A stretch of 64,000 nt of DNA from Chrysomallon squamiferum (taxonomy: Eukaryota > Animalia > Mollusca), in NCBI GenBank assembly GCA_012295275.1, contig CM022666.1, forward strand, positions 434,001-498,000, read 5' to 3'. Below the pieces are notes generated by a model, which ran no database searches, was not told where the DNA came from, and saw nothing but the letters and a program-made list of their open reading frames with translations. Numbering within the stretch: the first letter of the stretch is position 1; each line of letters starts with the position of its first letter. The position numbers and the translations under genes are program-made. Shown one piece after another: positions 13,518 through 26,307 of this stretch.

Positions 13518-15681
13518 ATGATCACTTTTTGTGCTCGATTAGCAACCGTTTTGATTGTGGTCAGCTATGCAGTATGGTAAGTAGTACTTCTTATTTATTT
13601 CATACTTCAAGAGTTGTTACTTATCCTTTCTTGTCTTGCTATCATCATCATCAGCAGCAGCAGCAGCAACATCGTCATTATTTTACATCATTACATTTCA
13701 TCTTTAAGTTTAATTTCGAGTTTATGCAATAAAAAAAAAAAATTGTAACAGACAAAGATGTAATTCAAATTGAATATCTTTTAAATAAATTGATCAACGA
13801 TTTTTCTGAATTTATTTATTTATTTATTTTTAAATAATAATAAAAATAATATCAGTAGTACGTAGACAGACAGCTGGTAGACAGAAGGACAGACAGACAA
13901 GAAGGTGGTGGAATTAGTCTGTTTAACGAGACACTTAACACACTGTTACTTAGATATGGTTAAGGACGATTGAGAAAATGACTGTGGAAACTTGCTAATG
14001 ATTTCCTATACATTATATATTTTTTTCTGATTAGCACAAAAGGATCTTTTACACAGATAGGCAAATACTTACGATAGATTTTCACGGATGTGTTTGGTGA
14101 GAAAATTAATCGAGCGAAAAGACACATTTATAAAATAGCCCTAGTATCCTCTGACATCTGGCGGACATTTGTTTGGACATCTTTGATTCTCCGCCAGTCA
14201 GGTCTCTGTCGTTTTTCTGCTGATCTTTGCCAAGCAGACGGTTTGCAAGATTCCGGCTAGTTTACTCAGTTAACAACAATTTTGACTTCACAGTGTTTTA
14301 GATTGGCCATTGTCGAGTTCTCTGGTATTATTAAAAAAAGTATCATTTAGTCGTACATAAACTCGCGACAAACAGAATCCCGGTCAGAACTTCACCAACT
14401 CGGACATCTTCGGAAATGTTTGAATCGACTTAAATAAGCGACGTAACAGTTAGCGAAACAGAAATATAGAAAACTATCTTTGGACGAGAATCAGCGATAT
14501 CCATCCAAATGTCCGTCAGAGAATACTCAAGTATAAAATAGAAAGACAGAAAGATGGATGGACACTGACATTGGACAGATTGAAGAAACGTTTTTTTTTT
14601 TTTTTAAATGTTTTAAGCATTCATTTTGTTTACTTATACTTTTCTTCAACGAATAAGTAGTTTGTTTACAGTTATGTTTGAAATTTGTTTCTAAGTCGTT
14701 TGTTTCCTTGATGCAGTTCTCGAATGAAAGGTTTGTCATTTTCGGTTGTTAATAACGATAACTATTGTGTTTTATTTCTGACAGTATTTGACATTGTCTG
14801 TTAACGAGACGCACACGTAAATGTTAATGAAACTTTTGTTTGCAAGCTTGACAAACATGTTCAGAGAACAAACCTAACGTTTATGATTCTGATTACATAT
14901 ACAACATGGCGGATATAAGCAAACATTTGTTTGCAAACAAGTCCAAACATGTTTAATAATGTTTACAGGGATGTCATACAGAAGATATTGACTGCATAAG
15001 ATAAAACAAATTTTGACATCAGATTACAAATTTGTCATCTCTGAATTTTACTTAAATCGGCTAATTAAAAACAGTAGGTAACATCATCATTATGATTAAA
15101 CCTGTAATATTTTAATCATACGTTAACAGTGGTATGAAAATTGATAATGATTTATTATTATTCTATTTTCAAAAACATGGTCTTTTTTGTGTGCTTCTGA
15201 ATGAATGCTGTCTTTCTCCATGTCAGTTTAATAGCGATCACATAATTAAAATTCACCAAAATAATTCTTTTGATAAAAAAAAAAACAAAAAAAAAAAACG
15301 TTTCTCGTATGTTTGACAAATATGTTTTGAGTAAATAAAATAAAATAAACAGACAGAAATTCTGTATAACGATTAACATCAGATACACATAAGAAACAAT
15401 ATAAACCGACAATACTGAAAAAAAAAGAGACAGACGTATATATATATATATTGCTAGATACGTAGAAAGACAGACAGATGAAAGGACTTGTGGGTAAATC
15501 TGGTATATTACACATATAGATACTGTGTGGTCTTTTTCTTCTGTTTCTTCTTCTTCTTCTTCTTCTTCTTCTTCTTCTTCTTCTTCTTCTTCTTCTTCGT
15601 CTTCTTCTTCTTCTTCTTCTTCTTCTTCTTCTTCTTCTTCTTCATCTTCTTCTTCTTCTTCTTCTTCTTCTTCTTCTTCTT

Positions 15682-15753
<72 letters not shown>

Positions 15754-16359
15754 TCAATCTTATTTCATTGCAGTTTTGCGGCTGATACAAATCAGGATAA
15801 ACTAGATGATGTTTCTAAACGAAGTGCAAACAGTAAAAGGTCGTATCAGTCTAACTCCAAGCGAGCTCCCTTTGACTCACTGGCGAGTGGACTAATTGGC
15901 AAGAGACCATTTGACTCGCTAGCTAATGGTCTTATCGGGAAACGAGCTCCATTTGATTCTCTGGCAAGCGGTTTAATAGGAAAACGTCCTTTTGATGCCT
16001 TGGCAAGCGGACTGATCGGAAAACGAGCCCCATTTGACTCACTGGCAAGCGGTTTAATAGGAAAACGTCCTTTTGATGCCTTGGCAAGCGGACTTATCGG
16101 AAAAAGAGCTCCATTTGACTCATTGGCAAGCGGTTTAATAGGAAAACGTCCTTTTGATGCCTTGGCAAGCGGACTTATCGGAAAACGAGCTCCATTTGAC
16201 TCATTGGCAAGCGGTTTAATAGGAAAACGTCCTTTTGATGCCTTGGCAAGCGGACTGATCGGAAAACGAGCTCCATTTGACTCACTGGCGAGTGGGCTGA
16301 TAGGAAAGAGGTCTGTAGAGGACGACAGTCAGTCGGCAGAAGCCGAGAAACAGTCATAA
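13518..16359 (+). CDS. LASGLIamide (LASGLVamide-family) neuropeptide precursor, 214 aa; coding exons 13518-13576 and 15774-16359
   Basis: Exon A encodes signal peptide MITFCARLATVLIVVSYAV and ends TG|GTAAGT (phase 2). Acceptor TTGCAG| at 15773 continues in frame C-FAADTNQDKLDDVSKR. The precursor yields 11 GKR-flanked peptides: 6x APFDSLASGLIa, 4x PFDALASGLIa and 1x PFDSLANGLIa. The C-terminal motif matches the molluscan LASGLVamide family. Confidence 0.93.
13905..14075. mobile_element. Degenerate SINE-like repeat fragment (related pieces at ~21320-21480 and ~54488-54555)
   Basis: Motifs TTTAACGAGACACTTAACAC...ATATGGTTAAGGAC...GATTAGCACAAAAGGATCTTTTA resemble, from memory only, an abundant gastropod interspersed repeat. 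Not verified by search. Confidence 0.35.
14143..14527. mobile_element. MITE-like element with decayed ~45-bp terminal inverted repeats, in the LASGLIamide intron
   Basis: Left end AGTATCCTCTGAC(ATCTG)GCGGACATTTGTTTGGACATCTTTGATTCTC versus reverse complement of the right end AGTATTCTCTGACGGACATTTGGATGGATATCGCTGATTCTC. Confidence 0.6.
15535..15753. repeat. (TTC)n followed by (TTA)n microsatellite directly upstream of the neuropeptide exon acceptor
   Basis: Seen directly in sequence. It ends about 20 nt before the acceptor AG at 15772-15773. Confidence 0.95.
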
Positions 16360-16903
16360 ATAAAAAAAAATGAACTCGGTGGATCAGAGTTTATGCAAGA
16401 ACTAACAGACAAACATGGTGATATACAACACTGAATAAAGAGTAGTGTTTGTTTATTTATTATTTATTTATTTATTTATTAACTTACTTACCTATTTACT
16501 TATTTACTTATTTATTTATTTATTTATTTATTTATTTTAATCACGTGATATATATTTAAATAATTTACACGTTTCTAAAAGGCTAGGTTTGAATATTTAC
16601 GTTTTTCAGAAATACTGAATTATGTTGTTCACTCTGCTATAGATAATTGGCAGTCCCGTTAACAGCTTAGCATAAAATTAAAACACATTTTTGTCTCACA
16701 GTTAAACAATCTCTTATTTAACTATTTTATTTATTTCAGTGCATATTAATGCTTATATTTGTACTAAGGCCAATGTAGTAGTAAGATTGTCAGCAGTCAT
16801 ACATATTACGCTGAAGTGTATTAATAATACACAAACTGTTAGAACAGACAATACGATGAGAGATAGTCAGATCTAACGTATCTTCGTGGGCGTGCGTGCG
16901 TGT

Positions 16904-16957
<54 letters not shown>

Positions 16958-17449
16958 GTCTGTGACTGTGTGTGAGAGTCTGTGTGTATGTGTGCGTGTT
17001 TCAGAGAAAGAGAATGCGTGAGAAATAGATAGAGTTTACGTTCGTGAATAGGTATGTGAATAGGTATGGGGGTGGGGGGGGGGGGTGTTTCTGAAAGAGG
17101 GTGCACGCGAGAATTTGTATGTACGTAAGGCTCAAAGGGTTAAGGACAGAGGTAACATTAAAAGAGCGCATATTCTAATCCGAATACTGCAGATTTAATG
17201 GAATTTTTCAGTCTACAAAAAGCAGCAGAAAATAATTTTCATAACAGATTTCAAAAGCAGCACATAGATCTTGTTATACTGTAAAAGTAAATGCTAGCAC
17301 TAACACAACAACATAAACAGTAACAACAGCGCCGATAGCAACGACATTTGTCTACAAGTAATGACCAATAAGTGATCAAATAGAAATTATTATTTTAATT
17401 ATTTTTATCTTATAATATGTCATAGATTTTCTTGTTCTTCATCTTACTA

Positions 17450-17523
<74 letters not shown>

Positions 17524-18704
17524 TCCAGCAGTCCAAATTTTGAACATTAATGGACCTACACTTTTATTTTTATTGTTTTTGTTTGTTATCTTCTTGTTTT
17601 TAAAAAGCTAATCTAAAATAACATGTTATTTTTATATTAAAATATTGACTAAACCTTTAATAACTATAAAGCACCAGCTTTTATGTAGTAGAGTTTGAAT
17701 AAAAGCACCATGTTTTGCTTGTTTCACAGATTTCGTTTTGTTCTTTAACGGCGATGATGTTCAAATGCATGGTTTACTAAATACACGTGTATCATATAGT
17801 ACATGACTGTACCTGCGCATTATAGAACCACAGATTCGAACCATCTGGCTAGAACGGGATATAACGGAGTAATGACGTCAAGGAATATTGATCTTACGAC
17901 TTGTCGGTCTCAGGCAGAGCTCTGTTTATTTTATTACAAGCAGAAGAATGAGAGATGTTCAGATATTTCAAAAATTTCCTATATATAAAGCAACCTAAGA
18001 ACAAAAATGTAATGCATTTTGCCTCGCCATTCAATACGAATATTGATGCAAAAATAATTTTCTTGGCTGCTGCAATGATCATCGTAATATTATTTCAGTC
18101 TGTCTAAAAAGAATAATTTATGATGTATTCGATAGTCAGTTCATATCCATCGGATTTTCACTCGGTTCCATTTTCGCCTAATAGTAGAGCTTTTTAGTAT
18201 CTAACCCAATTTGTAAATTACTCCATATAAGAAGACATCGACTTTTAGAATTTTCTCTTCTTTCTTTGTTAAGCTCACTTCAGCATGTCTCCAGACATAA
18301 TCTAGCAAACTAGTGACACTTCCCACATCTCAGTGTTGTAAATACATAAATAAATAAGTAAAACTGTGAGAGATATATATTGGTTTAAAGGACTAGCAAA
18401 GTAGTTGTCTATCAAACACTGGAGCGTCTAGTCTGTCACTTTAAATCTGAATAATAATGACAACAATAACAAAGCAAAAATAGTAATATTAATAATGATA
18501 ATAATGAGGACAATAATAACAACAATAAAATTAAAATAGCAAACAGATTAATAATTTTAGCAATAACAAGAACAACGCAATAGCAACAATAATAAGAAGA
18601 CGAAACAAACAAAGGAAATATAACTAAATAAATAAAGAAAGAAGAGGAAGATGACGAAAAGGAAGAACAAAGAAGAAGAACAACAACTACAACGATAACA
18701 ACAA

Positions 18705-18898
<194 letters not shown>

Positions 18899-18905
18899 CA
18901 TAATC

Positions 18906-19414
18906 GTAACAATGACTATCAGAGATTTAGTAACTGCTGATGTAACATGACTATCAGAGATTCAGTAACTGCTGATGTAACAATGACTATCAGAGATTTA
19001 GTAACTGCTGATGTAACAGTGACTATTAGAGATTCAGTAACTGCTGATGTAACAATGACTATTAGAGATTCAGTAACTGCTGATGTAACAATGACTATTA
19101 GAGATTTAGTAACTGCTGGTGTAACAATGACTATTAGAGATTCAGTAACTGCTGGTGTAACAATGACTATCAGAGATTTAGTAACTGCTGATGTAACAAT
19201 GACTGATGTAACAATGACTATCAGAGATTTAGTAACTGCTGATGTAACAATGACTGATGTAACAATGACTATCAGAGATTTAGTAACTGCTGATGTAACA
19301 ATGATTATTAGAGATTCAGTAACTGCTGATGTAACAATGACTATTAGAGATTCAGTAACTACTGATGTAACAATGACTATTAGAGATTCAGTAACTGCTG
19401 ATGTAACAATGACT
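18906..19414. repeat. 36-bp tandem minisatellite (~14 copies)
   Basis: Unit GTAACAATGACTATCAGAGATT(T/C)AGTAACTGCTGAT, which produces the spurious VTMTIRDSVTAD ORF. Confidence 0.95.
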
Positions 19415-19884
19415 TTGGAGAATGATAAGCTACTGGACCCAGCAGAGAAAGTTTTGGTGTGGCTATCATTTTATTGCAAGAGAAGTGAATATTGCTTATT
19501 ACGTGATTGTTATCTCTCCATTGTTTGTACTAGTGAATGGTTTGGTAGAACAGCCATGGTTTAGGAAATGCTGTCATAGTGATGTGATAGATTTGAGACA
19601 ACAGTGATATTAGCAAGGAACTCAAAGATTAATGTAATGATATCAGTTTTTACAAAACCACAATTTTTCATCTTCGAGCTGTTCTGTGTGTTAGTTATTT
19701 GTGAGTGTGTGCGTCCCGTTAACTCAGAAGAAAATATTCTGATGTTTTCTGATCCTGGAGTAGAGCTGTGAAGAAATACAAGTGAGAATGTGTTCTGAAA
19801 TTTCTCCTCAAAGTCCTTTGTTAATAATAAACAGACAGACAGACAAACAAACAAATTAACTAATAATAATACTAATACTACTAC

Positions 19885-19978
<94 letters not shown>

Positions 19979-20905
19979 TGACATTTATTATATATTTTTT
20001 ATTCTTTCTGATTTTAAGTTTCTGCTGTTAAAAAAGTAAAACACTTAAAACAAATGGTTTATAAGAATAGACCTAAATGGGCAAAACATATACAAAACTA
20101 ATCTCAAAGAAAATGTTTGTCACCGTACTTCTTCATAAACTAATTAAAACATTAAATATATAAATAATAATAATACTAATAGTAATAATAATAAAAAAAA
20201 TGATGTTGATGATGATGATGATGATGATAATAACAGCAAGAAAAACGGAAATCAGTGTATCAGTTATTGCGATGTAAGGGTGATAACTCCAACTTACTAT
20301 ATCAGAAGCTCTCCTATACAAAGAGTAGTGGGGAGAAAACAAAAAAAGATTTATTTGAAAAATCGAGCAACAAATAAAACAGTTCGTTTTGCAGCCTACG
20401 TCACCCAGAGCCACGTATCCATGGGTGAGCTTCTTCTGACTTGTTTTCCACGAATAAATCTTTGAGTTTTACATCAACAACTGTCACAATGTTTACTCCA
20501 AATCAAGTACGTGCAGTTTATTATCGTCTGAAAAGTACACCCCACAGTTCAGGGATCTGAAAACATAATCTCAGACATAAAAATATCACATCCTGCAATG
20601 TCTGTACGTAGTGTAAAGATCTGATTTAAAAATTAAATTTCCATATTACTGGCCATTGGCCAAAAATACAGATTTTGGGGACGTAACTATAATCTTGTTA
20701 TTCACACATACACGCGCGCACACACACACACACATATTATAATTACTTCTTTAGTATTTAATACCTGGTTTAGATCTTAAAATAAATGAGGACTAAATTA
20801 TCGTTAGTTTAGAAATGTTTCGTTTTGTTCAATAATTAGTCTGACGTCGTTTTTTCGTCGTTTTGATTTTTCGACTACAACGATCTCATTATTATTACTT
20901 TAATT

Positions 20906-20936
<31 letters not shown>

Positions 20937-22021
20937 TTCATTTATTTATTATAATCAGTATTATTATTGTTGTTATTATTATTATCATCATTTTCATTAT
21001 TATCGTCGTTATCACAATCACTATCATTATCGCTATTATGATTATATCTGAACAGATAACTGTGCTTACTTCATTTACTAATTGTTTCGCACTTTTCCCA
21101 CAGTGATTACCAATTACGTTTTCTGTGTCTTTGCCTAAATAAATTATATTCGCTGTTGGTGACACCCATTTCGTATCCCTGCAGTACGTGAATGAGGTCA
21201 CTGACTTAGCAAACAGGCAGCCATAAACATTTATTATTTACGATATTTTTAACTACTGCTAATATATTTTACTTATCAAACATCGCTAAGCCGTCACTCA
21301 GAGGTTAAAAAGAAGACTGGGATGTAGATGGTTGCTGGTTCAGTTCTTCTTTGTGCGTTGACTATATCCAGTTGCAGTTGACTATATCCAATTCCAGTCA
21401 AAGCTCCAAGTCTAATTACAGACGGGGTTTTACTGCTGTGTTCTGTTGCAAAAGATTTCTTGCAAGCAAACCAGTGTCAGTGACCTTGGCATTGACCTCT
21501 TACTGTGCGTTCTGTAACTAAGCAACTGTTCTTGTTAAAACTCCTAATGAAATTAAAATATGTCTTATGATAGTCATTAGTGTACGACTGTGAATAAACA
21601 CCAGTATTTATATTTCCTTTGTTTTTTTTTTTTTCTTCTTCCTCTTCTTCTTTAAATTAATTAAAGCTAATTTTAAAAAAAAAAAAAAAAAAAAAAAATT
21701 GTTTTGTGTAAATTAATTAATTAGCTGAACTTTTTCATAAATCGGAAAATTCTGCAGTAACTTAGAAACGTACGTCAGAGCTGTATTAAAGAACATACGT
21801 CAGAGCTGTATTAGAGAACATAATTATCATTTGCGGTACGTGACCACACTGTGGCTTTTACGAGAGTTTCAGTTAGACTTGTGTACAGATTTTTACCTGT
21901 AACATGTGTCCGTGTAATTACTCGCGTGAAGCTTTCAGTATTCTTCACATACGCCATTTTTGTTCTTAGGGCTCTAACCCTAACCGATTCTTAACTACAG
22001 AAAACAAATAATAAAATCAAA

Positions 22022-22099
<78 letters not shown>

Positions 22100-22240
22100 A
22101 AGATTTTTTGACAAGATAATCAAAATGAGATTATTCAGTACGACTGTCAAATAGAAAATCGAGTTTCCTGTTCAGATGATGAAATATATTTTTGATCGTA
22201 TTTGTTTTTATAGCATGCTGTATTATAATATTTGTCTATA

Positions 22241-22539
22241 CAAGTACCGGACAAATTATCCGGCGTCCTGAATTCCGGAAAGACCAGAAACCCGGAAGTT
22301 CTTTCCCGACGCTGTTTTCATAGTTCGCGCGCGCAGGTGTTGTCCTCACCAGCCATGAACTACTCTTTCAAGCCGCGTGGCGTTCATTCACTCGCCGCAT
22401 TGTTTACGTGTCGAGTCACCACAGTGGTGTATATAATTATTTATGTATTTAGCTGCCTTGGTACCAGAAAAACGGAAAATCCAGAAATCCGGAATGCCTC
22501 AGGCCCCAAGGAGTCTGGACAATTGGTCCGGTACCCGTG
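22241..22539. mobile_element. Non-autonomous Tc1/mariner-type MITE with TA target-site duplication
   Basis: Left TA|CAAGTACCGGACAAATTATCCGG versus reverse complement of the right end TA|CACGGGTACCGGACCAATTGTCCAG. Internal TCCGGAA/CCAGAAA subrepeats; no transposase. Confidence 0.7.
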
Positions 22540-23719
22540 TACATATACATATACATATACACATATATATATATATATATATACTGTTAATCTGTATAAT
22601 AAGCTGGTGTGTATATTACCTGTTTCACTCAGCTTTGATCAGCAGACTTGTTCTGAACTGAGAACTTTGACCTGTTTGTAATTGTTTGTTCTGTATGTAT
22701 GTTGTGTTTTGCAAATCGTTTGTGTTTTAAGCCAGTAAAGATTGCCAGCATATTATTGTTTATAGTTATTCATTCAGTCAAACAACAACCTTGTCAATAT
22801 CATTCTGCACATTTCAGGTAATCTGTATAAGTTCGTGAAGTATATATCGTGTAATATACACATCAGCTGATTATACAGATTAGCTATATATATATATATA
22901 CATATTCTTTTCATGCTATATTATAATTGTTTTTATAACATGCTATTTATTTTTTTATTATTATTTATTCTTATTACAATTTTTTTCGCTATGCTATAAG
23001 AATATATCTATATTTTGTTGATTATACCGTCATATATAACACTATTTATTTTTCACTATACTGTGCAATACTGCAAAATGTTTCACTACACTACAATATC
23101 TAACTGTGCTAGAACATTGTGTTAGAAGATAATGTTCATCTTAGCACAGTAGAAGAGTGTAATCGCCTTTTGAACTGTGTTTCGTGATGAATTTAGTGTT
23201 GTTCCGTATATGATGATGTTTGCTTTTGGCTTATGCACTAAGCTCTAACAGGTTTGTTTAACGTATTTCATCTTGATTTAGTCATACGTTCCTTCCAGCG
23301 TAACAGGTACAAGATCATATTCGTTTTGTGTATCATGTTATGTCGTGCGTTCGTTGTAATATTATAGCATGCTGTTTAGTAATAATCGGTACAATACTGT
23401 GTGATTTGTTTGTTTCAGTATGTCATACCACTGGTTGTATTTGTTCTACTAGTACATGTTTTCTAATCGTATTCGTTTTATTTCAAATCCGATGGCAAAA
23501 AAGTCGTTTCTGTTATAAAATAATTTTCATGTTAATACATATATATATACGTACAAATGTACACACACACACACACACATGTACAACACAAAGAAAAAAA
23601 AGATTATATTCGTTTCTGTGAATCACACTATATTGAGTATATAATCATTAAAAGTTCACATTAATTTTGCAGTGTCTAGTTAAAGTTACAGGTTTACCTA
23701 GCAGCAGGATCAGATCTGC

Positions 23720-25875
23720 TCATCGCAGGATTCCGCTTGCTAGCGAGTCCATGGATGAAGCGAGTCTCGAACGCACAGCCTGCGACACGCGAGGATTGCT
23801 GGCGGCCTTGCCGTGCCAGGAACTGTGCACCTTGTTGCGTGGGTATTGGAGACTGTCGTGTGGTCCGTTAAATAAATCGTTAAACAAGTAGTAGACGAGA
23901 CTTCGCTTTCCGACCAAGCGGTTGATCATATCCTTGAGCGCCGAGTTTCTCTTCAATGAATCCTGCTTCATCAGCTTTTTAAGCAGCGACCTTGAGCTTG
24001 GTTTCGTGGTCTTCCATCGCGTGTCGGAGCCGAAACGCTTCAGAAAACTGTTGTAATCGTCAAACTCCCTTTCCCTTCCGCTCCTGGGACGAGTGACGGC
24101 CTTCCAGTTCTGGTTGAGATCTCTCTGGCGCTGGTTCTGCAGAATCTTGTGGTTCCAGTACTGGATCTGGTCTGCGCTACGTTTCGATATCGTGTTTCCT
24201 TCCCGGCTGTACGTCGGGATCACGTTTTCGTTTCGGTTAAATTTCCCGTTCTCGTCTTCGTTCCGCACGCGACTCCAGTAAGCATCGTTGTTCCAGACCA
24301 GATTCCAGTTCGCCTTCTGGTCGGCGTTGTTCTTCCAGTTTCGGTTCCAACTGTTTTTCCAGTTCTCGTTTTTGTTCCTGGGAGCGAATGTTCTCAAGTC
24401 AAACACAGGGTAGTGTGGTGACAAGTAGGATAGGAAAACTCGTTTCTGGATATCCGTGTCTTGATCTGAATATTCTTTGTCTAAATGTACGCCAACACCA
24501 CTGCTTTCACTGCACATTAGAAAAAACAAAGGGAAAAATAAAAATAAAAATAAAAATATTACTGCATACTGAGGTATCACTGTAACTATAAATAAATTAA
24601 TGATTAAAACTGATTGATTCTGAATTATACAATCATTACTGTTGTTGTTGATTCTATTATTCATATAGTTGTTGCTGTTGTTGTTGTTACTGTTGTTACT
24701 ACTGTTACTACTACTACTACTACCACTACTACTATTAATAATAATAATAATAATGTGTGTTCAAAACAGATAACTACAGAGAGGGTGAAATGAACAGCAA
24801 GCACTAGCGAGCAGGCAAAGTGCAGTTAATGAACAGATCAAATAAGAAGGAAGATAAACAGAAGAGAAGCCGGCTTAATCCATTCACTACCGATGAGTCT
24901 TCTTAATTACATATTTTCATTTGAACAGTGATGTCGACCTTGTGAAATATTCTTTAAAATAAAGACAAATGAATTTAGTTTTAGCAGTAATATATGTATA
25001 TATATGTATATACCTTTTTTATAATTTACAGACACACGCATATTCATCCATCCACACGTACGTACGACGTACATGCATACACATAAACATGTATTCAAAC
25101 ATGCACACACATGTATACATATATACAAATATGCATACATAAATGCATAGATGCAAGCATTTTTTTTTTCCTGTTTAATGATCTCATTTAGTAACTTTAT
25201 TAGCATATTTTTATTGGTAATGACGTCACCTAGTAACTGGGTTAGTGCATCTTTCTTGTGACGTCACAACATTATAACTATGTATGTTTTCTGTTAGCAT
25301 ATGTTTTTCTCTCTGATAACGTTATTAAATATGTGTATATGTGTATATGTGTATATATGTATATGTGTATATACATAAATATACATACACATACTGAATA
25401 TATATATATATAAATCAATATTTTTCAGATGATGTCTTATGTTAACTGGATTAATGTGTGATTTTCTCTTTGCTTCATAAGGTAAGTTTTGTTTGATCAA
25501 TCTGATAACGTCTTTTCGATATCATATGTGACTCTGTATCTGATGACGTCATTTATTAACTATAATGATAGGTATTTAAGTAATTTACTAATAGTGTGTT
25601 TACAGTTGTCACTTCAAACTGCTGTATTTAAATATCTGCTCGTTAACAGCTGGCGTGAAAGTCCACACAGGAAGGGAATGATTCGGTTTCCGGCTTACGT
25701 TGCAGAAGAAAACAACTGGTGTCTCACATAGCGTAATAACAACAGAAGACATCGTAGCTTTTCAGTTTGTCACATTTCGGTTTATCATCGCTAACAGAAT
25801 AACTTTGATGTGTCGCATAGTAATGATTTTTTTTTTCCAACAGTAGAATTCCTTTTTGTTGAGAAAGAATATAAA

Positions 25876-25962
<87 letters not shown>

Positions 25963-26226
25963 TATTTAATATGTTAATTTATGTTTTTCTTATTCTTTCT
26001 TAAAAAATGTATATATATATATTCCCCTCTTTTCATTGACTTTAATCATTTTACTTTCACTGAACCTGTAATTTTTGTCTACACGGTTAGTTTGGAAGAA
26101 CGCTTTCTTTTGTTTGGTATCTTATAAGAAAAGTATAATCTAAGAATTTATATACGGTTACCGAGATTACATTTATAGATCATGTTGCCCTTTTCGTTTG
26201 CATAATAACTAGCACATACGCAAATA

Positions 26227-26307
<81 letters not shown>

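Noticed and set aside
15865-16311. Assignment to buccalin, pedal peptide or FCAP
   Set aside because: The shared PFDS/DSL starts are superficial. The invariant LASGLI-amide C-terminus fits the LASGLVamide family better.
16000-16359. Track ORF start at TTG 16000 as the start of the neuropeptide gene
   Set aside because: The frame is open back to the acceptor at 15773 and joins a signal-peptide exon at 13518-13576.
18947-19564. 205-aa repetitive ORF (VTMTIRDSVTAD)n
   Set aside because: A 36-bp minisatellite with an indel near its start, no signal peptide and no splice support.
21965-21985. Telomere-like TTAGGG/CTAACCCTAACC
   Set aside because: Only about two units, so not an interstitial telomeric array.
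23654-23722. Stop-codon readthrough of the unknown precursor (ADLILLLGKPV...)
   Set aside because: The extension gives no convincing peptide or dibasic site, and no supporting readthrough context was seen.
24510-24664. Hydrophobic N-terminus (MNNRINN...FLFLFLFFPLFF) of the 314-aa track ORF
   Set aside because: This is the intronic polypyrimidine tract on the minus strand. The real signal peptide is encoded at 26723-26671.
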